Part shown: positions 8,627 to 16,830 of the stretch, piece after piece
How positions within the stretch are numbered: the first letter of the stretch is position 1
Layout: each line of letters starts with the position of its first letter
IMG/VR virus record: IMGVR_UViG_3300025120_014716
Length of the DNA stretch: 20,000 bases
Source of the DNA: an uncultured virus (IMG/VR IMGVR_UViG_3300025120_014716)
Lineage: Duplodnaviria; Heunggongvirae; Uroviricota; Caudoviricetes
Strand: one strand, 5' to 3'
Translations under genes and position numbers: made by a program
The notes under the pieces: generated by a model
The model's input: only the letters and a program-made list of their open reading frames with translations
Databases searched by the model: none
What the model was told of the DNA's origin: nothing

Positions 8627-9002
8627 TTTAAAACATAAGATAGTAATGGATAGACAGTATAATATTCCAGAAAGAGCGTTTAGTCATAAAATTAGTGGTA
8701 ATGAGTTAATGGTCCAGGTTAATGTCCTGGTACCAGTAACAGAGTTTAAAATGAAAAAGAGACTGGTTTTAACCACAACCAGGGACATGGGTGTATTAAG
8801 TGAGGTAATGGACCAGGACCAAAAAAAAGAGGTTGCTACCAAAATGAGCCATATAGACCTTAAGAGACAGCTACAGTTTGAAATAGACAGAGGATCAATT
8901 GATATAGATGGTAAAGTATATAAAGTTAGTCAAAGCAGGATAGGAGGCATTGCCTTTGACTCTGGAAAGGCAACAAATCACATAACACACAATACCAAAT
9001 AA
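8616..9002 (+). CDS. Hypothetical protein (up to 128 aa; start may be the later ATG, MDRQ)
   Basis: ORF track. Confidence 0.7.
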   Translation: MQNNLKHKIVMDRQYNIPERAFSHKISGNELMVQVNVLVPVTEFKMKKRLVLTTTRDMGVLSEVMDQDQKKEVATKMSHIDLKRQLQFEIDRGSIDIDGKVYKVSQSRIGGIAFDSGKATNHITHNTK

Positions 9003-9003
9003 A

Positions 9004-9180
9004 ATGTCAAGGTTAAAGGAGTTAATGCAAGAGAGAGAAACTATAAAAAAAGAATTGTCAAAGGCTACAGATGCATCAAATGATGCAATGAGGCACTGGA
9101 AAGATAGTTGTAAGTCAGTCTCTGAGATCCAGGATAAATTGATGAAAATAAATTCAATGATAACAATAGAGAAAATATGA
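9004..9180 (+). CDS. Small coiled-coil protein (58 aa)
   Basis: Manually translated (MSRLKELMQERETIKKELSK...ITIEKI); ATGA overlap with 9177. Confidence 0.65.
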   Translation: MSRLKELMQERETIKKELSKATDASNDAMRHWKDSCKSVSEIQDKLMKINSMITIEKI

Positions 9181-9773
9181 CATACTTAAACCACAAAAAC
9201 CACATACTATCTTTTACAAATGTATTCACTGCAAAGGAGTGCAAAAAGGTGGTTGAATTTATAAAAAAAAATATTGACAAATTTGAAAAGTCAAACCAGG
9301 GAGAAAGAAGTCCAACAACCTCAAACCAACTACACATAACTAATTTGTATAAAGAATTACAATTTGATGAGATAGACCAAATTATATATGATGGACTGGC
9401 AAAGGTTACAGGTAATGCAGTAAGTAAAGGACAGAGGTTTCCATGTGATAGGTTATCAGATACTGGTTACATACTGAGAGAGGTAACAGGACCAACAGCA
9501 ATGCATTCAGATGGAATTGCTATGGAGTACAGCAGTAAAACAAAACTATCAAGTTATAGAGTGGCAAGTCTAATAGTGTCCCTGGAGGATACAGGTGATA
9601 AATTGTCCTTTCCTGAGTATAACCTGGACATACCTTTAAGAGAGGGAACGGTTGTATTTTTCCCTCCATTTTGGACCCATAGACATGGTACTGAGTGGTC
9701 AGGTAAAAAAGGGTACAGAATACAAACCTGGTTAAAAAATTCATTTGGTGAATCTGTTTTAAATGAAGGGTGA
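9177..9773 (+). CDS. 2OG-Fe(II) oxygenase (prolyl-4-hydroxylase-like)
   Basis: N-terminal NVFTAKEC, HxD (MHSDG), FPPFWTHRHG distal His and a downstream basic residue. Confidence 0.85.
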   Translation: MTYLNHKNHILSFTNVFTAKECKKVVEFIKKNIDKFEKSNQGERSPTTSNQLHITNLYKELQFDEIDQIIYDGLAKVTGNAVSKGQRFPCDRLSDTGYILREVTGPTAMHSDGIAMEYSSKTKLSSYRVASLIVSLEDTGDKLSFPEYNLDIPLREGTVVFFPPFWTHRHGTEWSGKKGYRIQTWLKNSFGESVLNEG

Positions 9774-9864
9774 TAAGAAGATCATAGAGGGTTCAGATAA
9801 GTTTGCAGTTACTTGTACAATATGTTTTATTTTTGCTATGTTAATTGTGGCAATGTTAAGTTAA
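9763..9864 (+). CDS. Small putative membrane peptide (33 aa)
   Basis: Manually translated (MKGDKKIIEGSDKFAVTCTICFIFAMLIVAMLS). Confidence 0.45.
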   Translation: MKGDKKIIEGSDKFAVTCTICFIFAMLIVAMLS

Positions 9865-9975
9865 TTCAGCATATACACATTTTCGTTTAAAGTATATATT
9901 AAACATAGTAAATTAACAGGAATTGAGTATATTGGGGGTATAAAGTAAATTAAATCGGTCAAAATTATTTAATAT

Positions 9976-11133
9976 ATGGCTAAAGCTAAAGGTGTGGGAA
10001 CCAAAAAGACTGTTAATCAGATAGATAGAGACCTTAAAAAGCAAATCACAGAATTATCAAAGCATCCATTAGTTATTGAAAGTCCTATCAGGGTCCTGGG
10101 GAACGGTGAAGAGGTCACCATAAAAAGTCCTACACACATACTCAGAAAAACACTCACAAAGTATGGTATGGAGGAGGCAGACATGGAGCCATTATTGGAG
10201 GAGTCCAGGCAGTTTAGATCACTAAGTTCAAAATTAACTCAGCTAAGATTAAAGGTTGAAGGTGTTACCAGAGGATCCAGGCATACAACAAAGGCACTGG
10301 AGAGATCACAGGAGTTACTGGATCTATTTGGTAAGTACTACAATGCAAAGGAGGTGCATCAAATTGCAACACAGCACTGGGGTCTGTCAAACCTTACATA
10401 TAACTGGGTAATTGAGTTTAAAAATAAGAATGTAGAGTATATAGCAGAACTAAGAGAAAAGTATGCAGGTGATCACAGTAATGTAAGGTTGGGTCATAAG
10501 AGGTCCAGGTTGGATGAGTTAACATACATGTACCAGACCAGAAAACAAAAATATGATGGTTCCAGTTCCAGGGATGATGAAAACCAATTATTGAAAATAG
10601 TTGAGCAGATCAGAAAAGAGATAGAGGGTAATAAGTTGACAATAGATGGATCTCTATCTGTCCAGAATGAAATTGGCATCCAGAACCATGTTAACCAGGA
10701 GATGATCAAATACCTAAATATAAATGATCTTATTGTCTCCAGGCTATGTGCAAGGTTAAAGGTAAATCCAAAATTGATCCTTCACAGGCTACACAATAGC
10801 TATTATAGAAAGTTTACAGGATTTGTCCAGGCAGAGGGAGAGTCAGACTACCAGGAAATACAATACCCATCTTCTATGGTATATGACTTTGGTAGAATTG
10901 AGAAAGAGCATGAAAACATAGAGATAGAAGAGGCTAAATATGTTGAGGTTGTTTCTGTAAATGATAAAGATAAAAAAGAAGTCATGTCAGTAAAGGAAAG
11001 GATCCTGGCAAAGCTAAAGGAGCAGAAAGATAAGGTTGAGAGAAACAAGGCACTGACAAAAGTAGTTGAGGCTAAGGCTAAAAAGCCAAGTGTCAAGGCT
11101 AAAAGAAAACCAAGAGTCATAAAGAAAAAATAA
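9976..11133 (+). CDS. DUF2280-like protein, candidate terminase small subunit or packaging-associated protein (385 aa)
   Basis: HTH-like segment followed by VRLGHKRSRLDELTYMYQ...LLKIVEQIRKEIEG, resembling DUF2280; lies upstream of the portal; basic tail. Confidence 0.55.
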   Translation: MAKAKGVGTKKTVNQIDRDLKKQITELSKHPLVIESPIRVLGNGEEVTIKSPTHILRKTLTKYGMEEADMEPLLEESRQFRSLSSKLTQLRLKVEGVTRGSRHTTKALERSQELLDLFGKYYNAKEVHQIATQHWGLSNLTYNWVIEFKNKNVEYIAELREKYAGDHSNVRLGHKRSRLDELTYMYQTRKQKYDGSSSRDDENQLLKIVEQIRKEIEGNKLTIDGSLSVQNEIGIQNHVNQEMIKYLNINDLIVSRLCARLKVNPKLILHRLHNSYYRKFTGFVQAEGESDYQEIQYPSSMVYDFGRIEKEHENIEIEEAKYVEVVSVNDKDKKEVMSVKERILAKLKEQKDKVERNKALTKVVEAKAKKPSVKAKRKPRVIKKK

Positions 11134-11152
11134 AATAATTGAAAATAATTGC

Positions 11153-11191
11153 ATTTAATTGTTAAACTTATTAGTTTAATGCTTATATTAG
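11153..11191 (+). promoter_or_regulatory. Conserved promoter/operator motif, copy 3
   Basis: ATTTAA-ttgt-TAAACT-tatt-AGTTTA-atgc-TTATATTAG, 23 nt before the ATG at 11215. Confidence 0.65.
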
Positions 11192-11214
11192 CATTCTAAT
11201 TAAGAGAGATAGTT

Positions 11215-12054
11215 ATGAGACAGTTAATTTACAGTAAAATCTATAAGAGTGGGGTTCCAGTTATAGATGCTATAATCAAGGATCAATTTGATTTGATCAA
11301 GGTTTATACTGAGAGAGTAAGGCAGCATCAAATAGAGGCTTTTCAAAAGAGAGATCAGATTTTTATTGAGTGGGATGAATTGAACTACCAGGATACAGCA
11401 ATTTCATGTGTGATTGACCTGGTAAGGGCACTGGGAAAGGTGGTTGTTAAGACTGACAAGTTTTTAAGGTGTGATATGAAGGTAAGGAACGGTTTACTTC
11501 AGGGCACTGGATACTTTAAAAGAGGTGGTAAAGAGGAATACTTTGAGACTCAAAGTATTTATGCAGGTGGTTATGACATCCAATGCTTACACATAAGGTA
11601 CCTGATCCAAACATCTTTGCCAAAGGTTAAGGTTGACAAATCACTTACTAAGGAACTTAAGCAACAGCAAAAGTTGATCCAGGAAAAGAAAATTGCTAAA
11701 AGACAATTGGAAGGGTACCTGAGAAGACTTAAAGATTCACAGGGTAAGGTGGAGGAATTTAAGTCCAGGACAAAAAAGCAAACTGACATAAGCATCCTGG
11801 ATGAGGTGAGACATAGAAAAGAGGAGGGTCTTCAACGTGTGGATGATAAAGGACAGTTTGTTTGGGTAATAGGTGAACGTATTTTTTCTAAAGGTTGTCA
11901 CAGGAAAGTCACTAAAGAGGTCACTGAGGAGGTCTTCACTGCCTTCAGACAAGAGCAAGCATGGTCAGCAGTAAAAAGGTTGTTGGTTAGCTATAAAAAA
12001 GAGGTTAAGGATTATAAGGAAAGAATTAAGGACCTTAAGGAAAGAATAAAATAG
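11215..12054 (+). CDS. Hypothetical phage protein with an AGGYDIQCLH motif and coiled coils (279 aa)
   Basis: Long ORF; the motif SIYAGGYDIQCLHIRYL resembles one I recall from uncharacterised phage proteins. Confidence 0.8.
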   Translation: MRQLIYSKIYKSGVPVIDAIIKDQFDLIKVYTERVRQHQIEAFQKRDQIFIEWDELNYQDTAISCVIDLVRALGKVVVKTDKFLRCDMKVRNGLLQGTGYFKRGGKEEYFETQSIYAGGYDIQCLHIRYLIQTSLPKVKVDKSLTKELKQQQKLIQEKKIAKRQLEGYLRRLKDSQGKVEEFKSRTKKQTDISILDEVRHRKEEGLQRVDDKGQFVWVIGERIFSKGCHRKVTKEVTEEVFTAFRQEQAWSAVKRLLVSYKKEVKDYKERIKDLKERIK

Positions 12055-12086
12055 TCAAGTAGTATTAATCATTAAAAATTTATAAA

Positions 12087-12389
12087 ATGTACAACAGTAA
12101 TAAGGATCATAAATTGGAAAGGATAGGGAACAAATTATTTAAAGAGGAAAGAGCAACCAGGTCAAAATTAGAAAGGATGGAAAGAATAGGTAAAACATTG
12201 TTCCCAGAGAGCGAGGGTGAAAAGAAGTTTACTTTTAACCAAATACAGGCTATGCAGTTTTTAACAAGAACAGGAGACATGCAAAAATTTAACACATATA
12301 CCTCATCATGCAAAATGACATTTTTGCAAATAGAGCAGTGTCTAAACGAGGTTACTATTGGAGAGATAAACTTGGAGGGAAGGGTATGA
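12087..12389 (+). CDS. Hypothetical protein (100 aa) with a short internal repeat
   Basis: ORF track; KLERIGNKLF / MERIGKTLF repeat. Confidence 0.7.
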   Translation: MYNSNKDHKLERIGNKLFKEERATRSKLERMERIGKTLFPESEGEKKFTFNQIQAMQFLTRTGDMQKFNTYTSSCKMTFLQIEQCLNEVTIGEINLEGRV

Positions 12390-12562
12390 TAAGTTTGCTT
12401 AAAGATCCTCAGAATGTTGTTGAGGAGGAAAGAGATTATATCCTGGAGGTAATTGATAAAATTTATTTGAAGGGTAAAAATAAAAAAACTAATTTAGACA
12501 ATGCAGAGTTAGAACCTGGTGAGGGTGGCTCTGCATTTCATATAATAGAAAAACATTATTAA
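12386..12562 (+). CDS. Hypothetical protein (58 aa; start revised from 12308)
   Basis: ATGA overlap at 12386-12389 gives MISLLKDPQ... Confidence 0.6.
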   Translation: MISLLKDPQNVVEEERDYILEVIDKIYLKGKNKKTNLDNAELEPGEGGSAFHIIEKHY

Positions 12563-12565
12563 TGT

Positions 12566-12829
12566 ATGTCAGAAATATTTGATGCTATCCTGGATAGGTA
12601 TGAGGACCTTGAGGGTCATGAAACTCTTAAGGCAGATGGTCTTGATGATGCCATAATTGGAATAGATGACAATAGCATGAGGTTGATCTACTCAGTGACT
12701 TTAATTTTTAAGATCTTAACAGAAAATGATGAAATGACTCAGGAGGATGCCATGGATCATTTTAATTACAATATTGCAGGTGCCTATGTGGGTCCATATA
12801 CTCCTATATGGTGCTATGATTATTTTTGA
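12566..12829 (+). CDS. Conserved small acidic phage protein (87 aa)
   Basis: ADGLDDAIIG...LIYS...EDAMDHFNYNIAGAYVG..TP, a pattern I recognise from uncharacterised phage proteins. Confidence 0.8.
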   Translation: MSEIFDAILDRYEDLEGHETLKADGLDDAIIGIDDNSMRLIYSVTLIFKILTENDEMTQEDAMDHFNYNIAGAYVGPYTPIWCYDYF

Positions 12830-12830
12830 T

Positions 12831-13088
12831 ATGAAGACTATAGCTAAAATATTAACTGTTTTATTCACTGCCTTAAGCATTGTATGCATGGTGGTAACTC
12901 TTTACAATGGTAATTGGATCATGTTGGGACTGGTTAACATCCACTACCTGGTATCGGTTGCAGGTGCAAATTATGCCAGGTCAAAGGGGAGGTGCTACTG
13001 GAAAGGGTTTGCATTGTGTTGGAACTATCCAATAATGGCTCACATTATTATTGCATTCCTGAAGGTTAAAAGAGTATTTAGAAGATAG
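12831..13088 (+). CDS. Small multi-pass membrane protein (85 aa; start revised from 12747)
   Basis: ATG at 12831 just after the upstream stop; 2-3 hydrophobic segments. Confidence 0.7.
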   Translation: MKTIAKILTVLFTALSIVCMVVTLYNGNWIMLGLVNIHYLVSVAGANYARSKGRCYWKGFALCWNYPIMAHIIIAFLKVKRVFRR

Positions 13089-13137
13089 ATGTAGGTATAA
13101 AGAAAATTTATTTATATTTTAGGGTCAAAAATTTTCT

Positions 13138-13634
13138 GTGAAAATATCCTACGGTCTACTGCACAGCCTATCAGATGGTCAAATAAAATATCTTAAGAGG
13201 GCATGCTTTAATGCACTAACTGTTTCAGATGTAGGGTCCAGACTTATTGCTAAACAGATGTTAATGGACCTGGGGATCATTCAAAGAGATCACAGAGGTT
13301 CAACTATAGCCATCCAAAAGGTACTTATTGAGTTAAGGAGAATCTCACCAGATCCAGAAATGGTAAAAAAGGAATACAAAAAGCCAGTACCAACTTACAT
13401 GCTTATAGTTGTAGATGTCCTGGATGTGGTTCCATTTCCAGTCAAATCACCACTGCACAAATACCAGGAACATTTCCAGTCAAATCACCACTGCACAAAT
13501 ACCAGGAATTTTTTTACAGGCTTGGCAAAATGTCTTTCCAGGTAGAGAAGGGTAATTCACTTTATGAGGACATCATAGAGGAGATCCAGTTTAATCCTCA
13601 CTTGAATTTAATATATGAGAAACCTATTTGGTAA
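13138..13634 (+). pseudogene. Hypothetical gene frameshifted by a 38-bp tandem duplication (135 aa as read, 152 aa if repaired)
   Basis: Removing one repeat copy extends the frame (...HKYQE-FFYRLGKMSF...YEKPIW*) to TAA at 13632-13634. Confidence 0.7.
13433..13508 (+). repeat. Exact 38-bp tandem direct repeat (2 copies)
   Basis: CATTTCCAGTCAAATCACCACTGCACAAATACCAGGAA at 13433-13470 and 13471-13508. Confidence 0.97.
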
Positions 13635-13691
13635 GTAGAATTTTGTTATATTTAATATTAGTATATAATATTAAAAATAAATCAAAAAATT

Positions 13692-13991
13692 ATGTTATCA
13701 GCAAACGAAATAAAAAAAGCCAATGCAGAGTCAAGAAAGGCTCTTAAGGATAGGTTTTTTAGTGAAGGTGATCAACCAAGTGAAAGTATTGAAAAATCAG
13801 AGGATTCTGAAAAGGACTTTTTTATTACTCAGGATGGTTTGGATAAGTACAAAGAGGACTTATTCAAATCCATTGATAATGGTGAAATGAATGATGAGTC
13901 ACTTGAAAAGTCACTTGATCAAATTAGTTCCTTAAAAAAGGAAACCAGAAATATAGATGGTAAAGAAGTATTAGTTTACACAAAATCTTAA
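13692..13991 (+). CDS. Small acidic protein heading the portal operon (99 aa)
   Basis: ORF track; contains IEKS, LFKS and LEKS motifs; ends 2 nt upstream of the portal ATG. Confidence 0.8.
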   Translation: MLSANEIKKANAESRKALKDRFFSEGDQPSESIEKSEDSEKDFFITQDGLDKYKEDLFKSIDNGEMNDESLEKSLDQISSLKKETRNIDGKEVLVYTKS

Positions 13992-13993
13992 AG

Positions 13994-15640
13994 ATGACCA
14001 GTAGTCAAATTGATAACTTGGCACAATTTGAACTGGAAAAGAGAAAACTGGACATTCAAAAGGGGTTGGTTGTTAAATCCTGGATGGAATCAAATGATCC
14101 AGATCAGATCTTAAAGGCTCAAATGTACCTTGAGGATGTAGAAAACAGAAAAGCATCAGGTGTTAAGTCTGTTATCTTTGATCCAAATAACAGATACCAG
14201 GGAGATGGGTATAAGAACAAACTTGTACCTCTGACCTATGCTACATTGAGAGCAATGGCAAAGACTCCTATTATCTCAGCCATAATAAAAACAAGGGTTG
14301 AGCAAATATCAGAGTTTACAACTCCACAGACAAGCAAGTTTCAACCAGGGTTTGTAATTAGAAAAAAAAGAACAAACTACTTTTCAGATAAGGTTGAAAA
14401 AATGTCTAAGGAGGATGACAAGGCTATCAATGACATGACAGAATCCATATTGAATTGTGGATCTGACTATAATGCATGGCATGGAGATTCACTTGACTCA
14501 CTGACCAGAAAATTTATTCCTGATTGCCTGGCATTGGACCAGGGTACATTTGAGATAATCAGAAACAGAAAAGGGATACCAATAGAAATGATGGCAGTTG
14601 ATGGTGCAACCGTAAGGGTAGCAGACTCAATTGATGATGATGAGTACAGAGGGTCAAGAAAGCAAATAAACGGTTACTATCCATCCTATGTTCAGGTCCT
14701 GGACCAAAACATAAAAACGGAATATTATCCATGGGAGTTATGTTTTGGTGTAAGGAATCCAAGTTCAAACATTCACAATAATGGGTATGGTAACTCAGAG
14801 TTGGAAGAGTTAATGAATGTTGTAACCTGGATGTTAAACAGTGACTCTTATAATGGTAAGTTTTTTAGCCAGGGGTCATCTCCAAAAGGAATCTTAAAAG
14901 TATCAGGAAATGTTAATGCAGCCAGGCTAAAAGAATTTAGACAGGAATGGCATTCAACAACAACTTCAGTAGCTAATGCTCATAAGGTGCCAATTATTGA
15001 TGGTGAAAATGTTGACTTCATAAACCTGCAGAGTAGTAACAGAGACATGGAATTTAGCCAATGGCAGGAATACCTTATTAAGGTGTCATGTGCTCTTTAT
15101 AAAATAGATCCAACAGAGATCTTTGACTTTGTTAATTCAAAGCCAGGATTAAGTGGAGAGAATACAGAGGAAAAGGTTAAGTACTCAAGAGACAAAGGAT
15201 TAAAACCTTTGTTGAGATCTTATCAAACCTGGTTAAATAAATATTGGGTCAATCCAAGGAATCCAGAGTTAGAGTTGGTATTTGTAGGATTAGATACAGA
15301 CAGTGAACAAAAAGAGTTAGAGTTGGACATCAAAAGAGGTCAATCTTTCATGGGACTTAATGAATTAAGAGAGAAACATGAACTTGGAAAACTTTCAGAT
15401 GATGACATGTTGTTAAATCCAGTATGGATCCAGATGAAACAAATGGAGTCTATGGAGAATGAGATGTCAGATTCTGCAGTAGGAGAGTTTGAGGGAGGTG
15501 ATCAAGAGGAGGATCCTATAGCAGCAAGAGAGGCTGAGTTAACTCAGTATGAAAAGTCTCAAGATGCAAATCCTTTTATTGAAGAGTTAAATAAATTCAC
15601 ACAAAGGGAGTTGGGTGCAGAGACTAAAATTAACATTTAA
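13994..15640 (+). CDS. Phage portal protein (SPO1/Twort-like large-myovirus type)
   Basis: 548 aa with AVDGATVR, GYGNSELE, YNGKFFSQGSSPKGIL, RDMEFSQWQEYLI..CALYKIDPTEI, GLKPLL and LNELR motifs. Confidence 0.92.
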   Translation: MTSSQIDNLAQFELEKRKLDIQKGLVVKSWMESNDPDQILKAQMYLEDVENRKASGVKSVIFDPNNRYQGDGYKNKLVPLTYATLRAMAKTPIISAIIKTRVEQISEFTTPQTSKFQPGFVIRKKRTNYFSDKVEKMSKEDDKAINDMTESILNCGSDYNAWHGDSLDSLTRKFIPDCLALDQGTFEIIRNRKGIPIEMMAVDGATVRVADSIDDDEYRGSRKQINGYYPSYVQVLDQNIKTEYYPWELCFGVRNPSSNIHNNGYGNSELEELMNVVTWMLNSDSYNGKFFSQGSSPKGILKVSGNVNAARLKEFRQEWHSTTTSVANAHKVPIIDGENVDFINLQSSNRDMEFSQWQEYLIKVSCALYKIDPTEIFDFVNSKPGLSGENTEEKVKYSRDKGLKPLLRSYQTWLNKYWVNPRNPELELVFVGLDTDSEQKELELDIKRGQSFMGLNELREKHELGKLSDDDMLLNPVWIQMKQMESMENEMSDSAVGEFEGGDQEEDPIAAREAELTQYEKSQDANPFIEELNKFTQRELGAETKINI

Positions 15641-15645
15641 CCAAA

Positions 15646-15987
15646 ATGAGCACTGGACAAAATAATTTGCAAAATGGTTGGGGTGAGTATAGCCATCTTG
15701 TATTGACTAAGTTGGATGATCTACAAAAGGAGCAAAGGGAAATAAGAAAGTCCCTGGATACCGTACACTCAAGACTCACAAAACTTGAGAGTAATCAGGA
15801 AAAAATAAAGGACCTATCTTCCTGGAAAAATATGGTAAATGATGTTTGGAGTCCTGCCCAAATGAAAGAGGGTAAGGATGAAATTTATAAGCAAAAAGAG
15901 AGATGGACAGGTGCAACCTGGTTGTTTATAGCTGCACAGGTAATGTGGGCATTAATTATGGCATTTAAGGATAAGATATTCAATTAA
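15646..15987 (+). CDS. Coiled-coil protein with C-terminal TM helix (holin/XhlA-like architecture)
   Basis: Heptad-like LTKLDDLQKEQREIRKSLDTVHSRLTKLE and TM WLFIAAQVMWALIMAF. Confidence 0.6.
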   Translation: MSTGQNNLQNGWGEYSHLVLTKLDDLQKEQREIRKSLDTVHSRLTKLESNQEKIKDLSSWKNMVNDVWSPAQMKEGKDEIYKQKERWTGATWLFIAAQVMWALIMAFKDKIFN

Positions 15988-15989
15988 GA

Positions 15990-16382
15990 ATGTGTGAGAA
16001 GATTGATAGGATAAGAGAGTTGACTCATGAGATCTCTAAGCAAATGTGCTTAGTTGACAGGCTAACCTCAGCACTTGACTCATCCAGTGAGGGCATAGCC
16101 ATATTGGACAGGGATGGAAAGTTTGTCTGGTTAAATAGAGTTCATGAGGAAATGTACAAGTACGGTCCAGGTGAACTAACAGGAAAGTCTTGGGAGATCC
16201 TTTATGATGATGATCAGATCCAGGACATTAAGAATGAGGTTAGTTTGATAATTAACAAAGAGGGAAGTTGGCATGGTAAAAAGGTTGGTTTGTGTAAAGA
16301 TGGATCTTACATAAAAGAAAGGCTATACCTTACAGGTTTGAAAGGTGGTGGTATGGTTTGCACATGTATAAAAATTGATTAA
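15990..16382 (+). CDS. Stand-alone PAS-domain protein
   Basis: ALDSSSEGIAILDRDGKFVWLN...MYKY..GELTGKSW...GSWHG....KDGS is a PAS/PAC signature; no output domain. Confidence 0.85.
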   Translation: MCEKIDRIRELTHEISKQMCLVDRLTSALDSSSEGIAILDRDGKFVWLNRVHEEMYKYGPGELTGKSWEILYDDDQIQDIKNEVSLIINKEGSWHGKKVGLCKDGSYIKERLYLTGLKGGGMVCTCIKID

Positions 16383-16829
16383 TTGGCAGATGAAAAGCAT
16401 ATAACAGGAGCCATAAAAACATTAATGTTTTTAGGTAAGTTCGTTGGAATGATGGTTGCATTATGTACAGCCATGTGGTTTTTTGGGGAGCCATTCCTGG
16501 AGGATTATGTTGAGAGCCATTTTGAGGAGTATGACAGCAAAAAAGAGGCTGAGTATAAGCATAAGGAAAGTCAAAGGATTAGTTTTAGATCACTACTTTC
16601 AGATAAGATGTCAGTTGATAATGATGAGGTCCACATAGAACTTGGAAGGCTATACAAGTCAGAGAAAATTGAAAGAAAGGCTATGTACAATTACATTGAC
16701 TCTATTTATAAAAAATTAAAAAAGCAAATTGATGCAGATTATTCTCACAGTGCCAGGATGAGAAAGATAATAAAGAAAGAAATAAAACTTTGGAATCCAA
16801 AGTCAAAAATAATGCTTAAAAATAATTAA
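16383..16829 (+). CDS. Membrane-anchored helical protein (148 aa)
   Basis: TTG start (alternative ATG at MFLGK); TM segment FVGMMVALCTAMWFF followed by a charged helical region. Confidence 0.7.
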   Translation: MADEKHITGAIKTLMFLGKFVGMMVALCTAMWFFGEPFLEDYVESHFEEYDSKKEAEYKHKESQRISFRSLLSDKMSVDNDEVHIELGRLYKSEKIERKAMYNYIDSIYKKLKKQIDADYSHSARMRKIIKKEIKLWNPKSKIMLKNN

Positions 16830-16830
16830 A

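Noticed and set aside
13433..13508. 38-bp repeat as a CRISPR array
   Set aside because: Two directly adjacent copies with no spacer, inside a coding region, and no cas genes.
13635..13691. Late promoter upstream of the portal operon
   Set aside because: AT-rich with TTATATTTA, but it matches neither the full consensus nor the 39-bp motif well enough to call.
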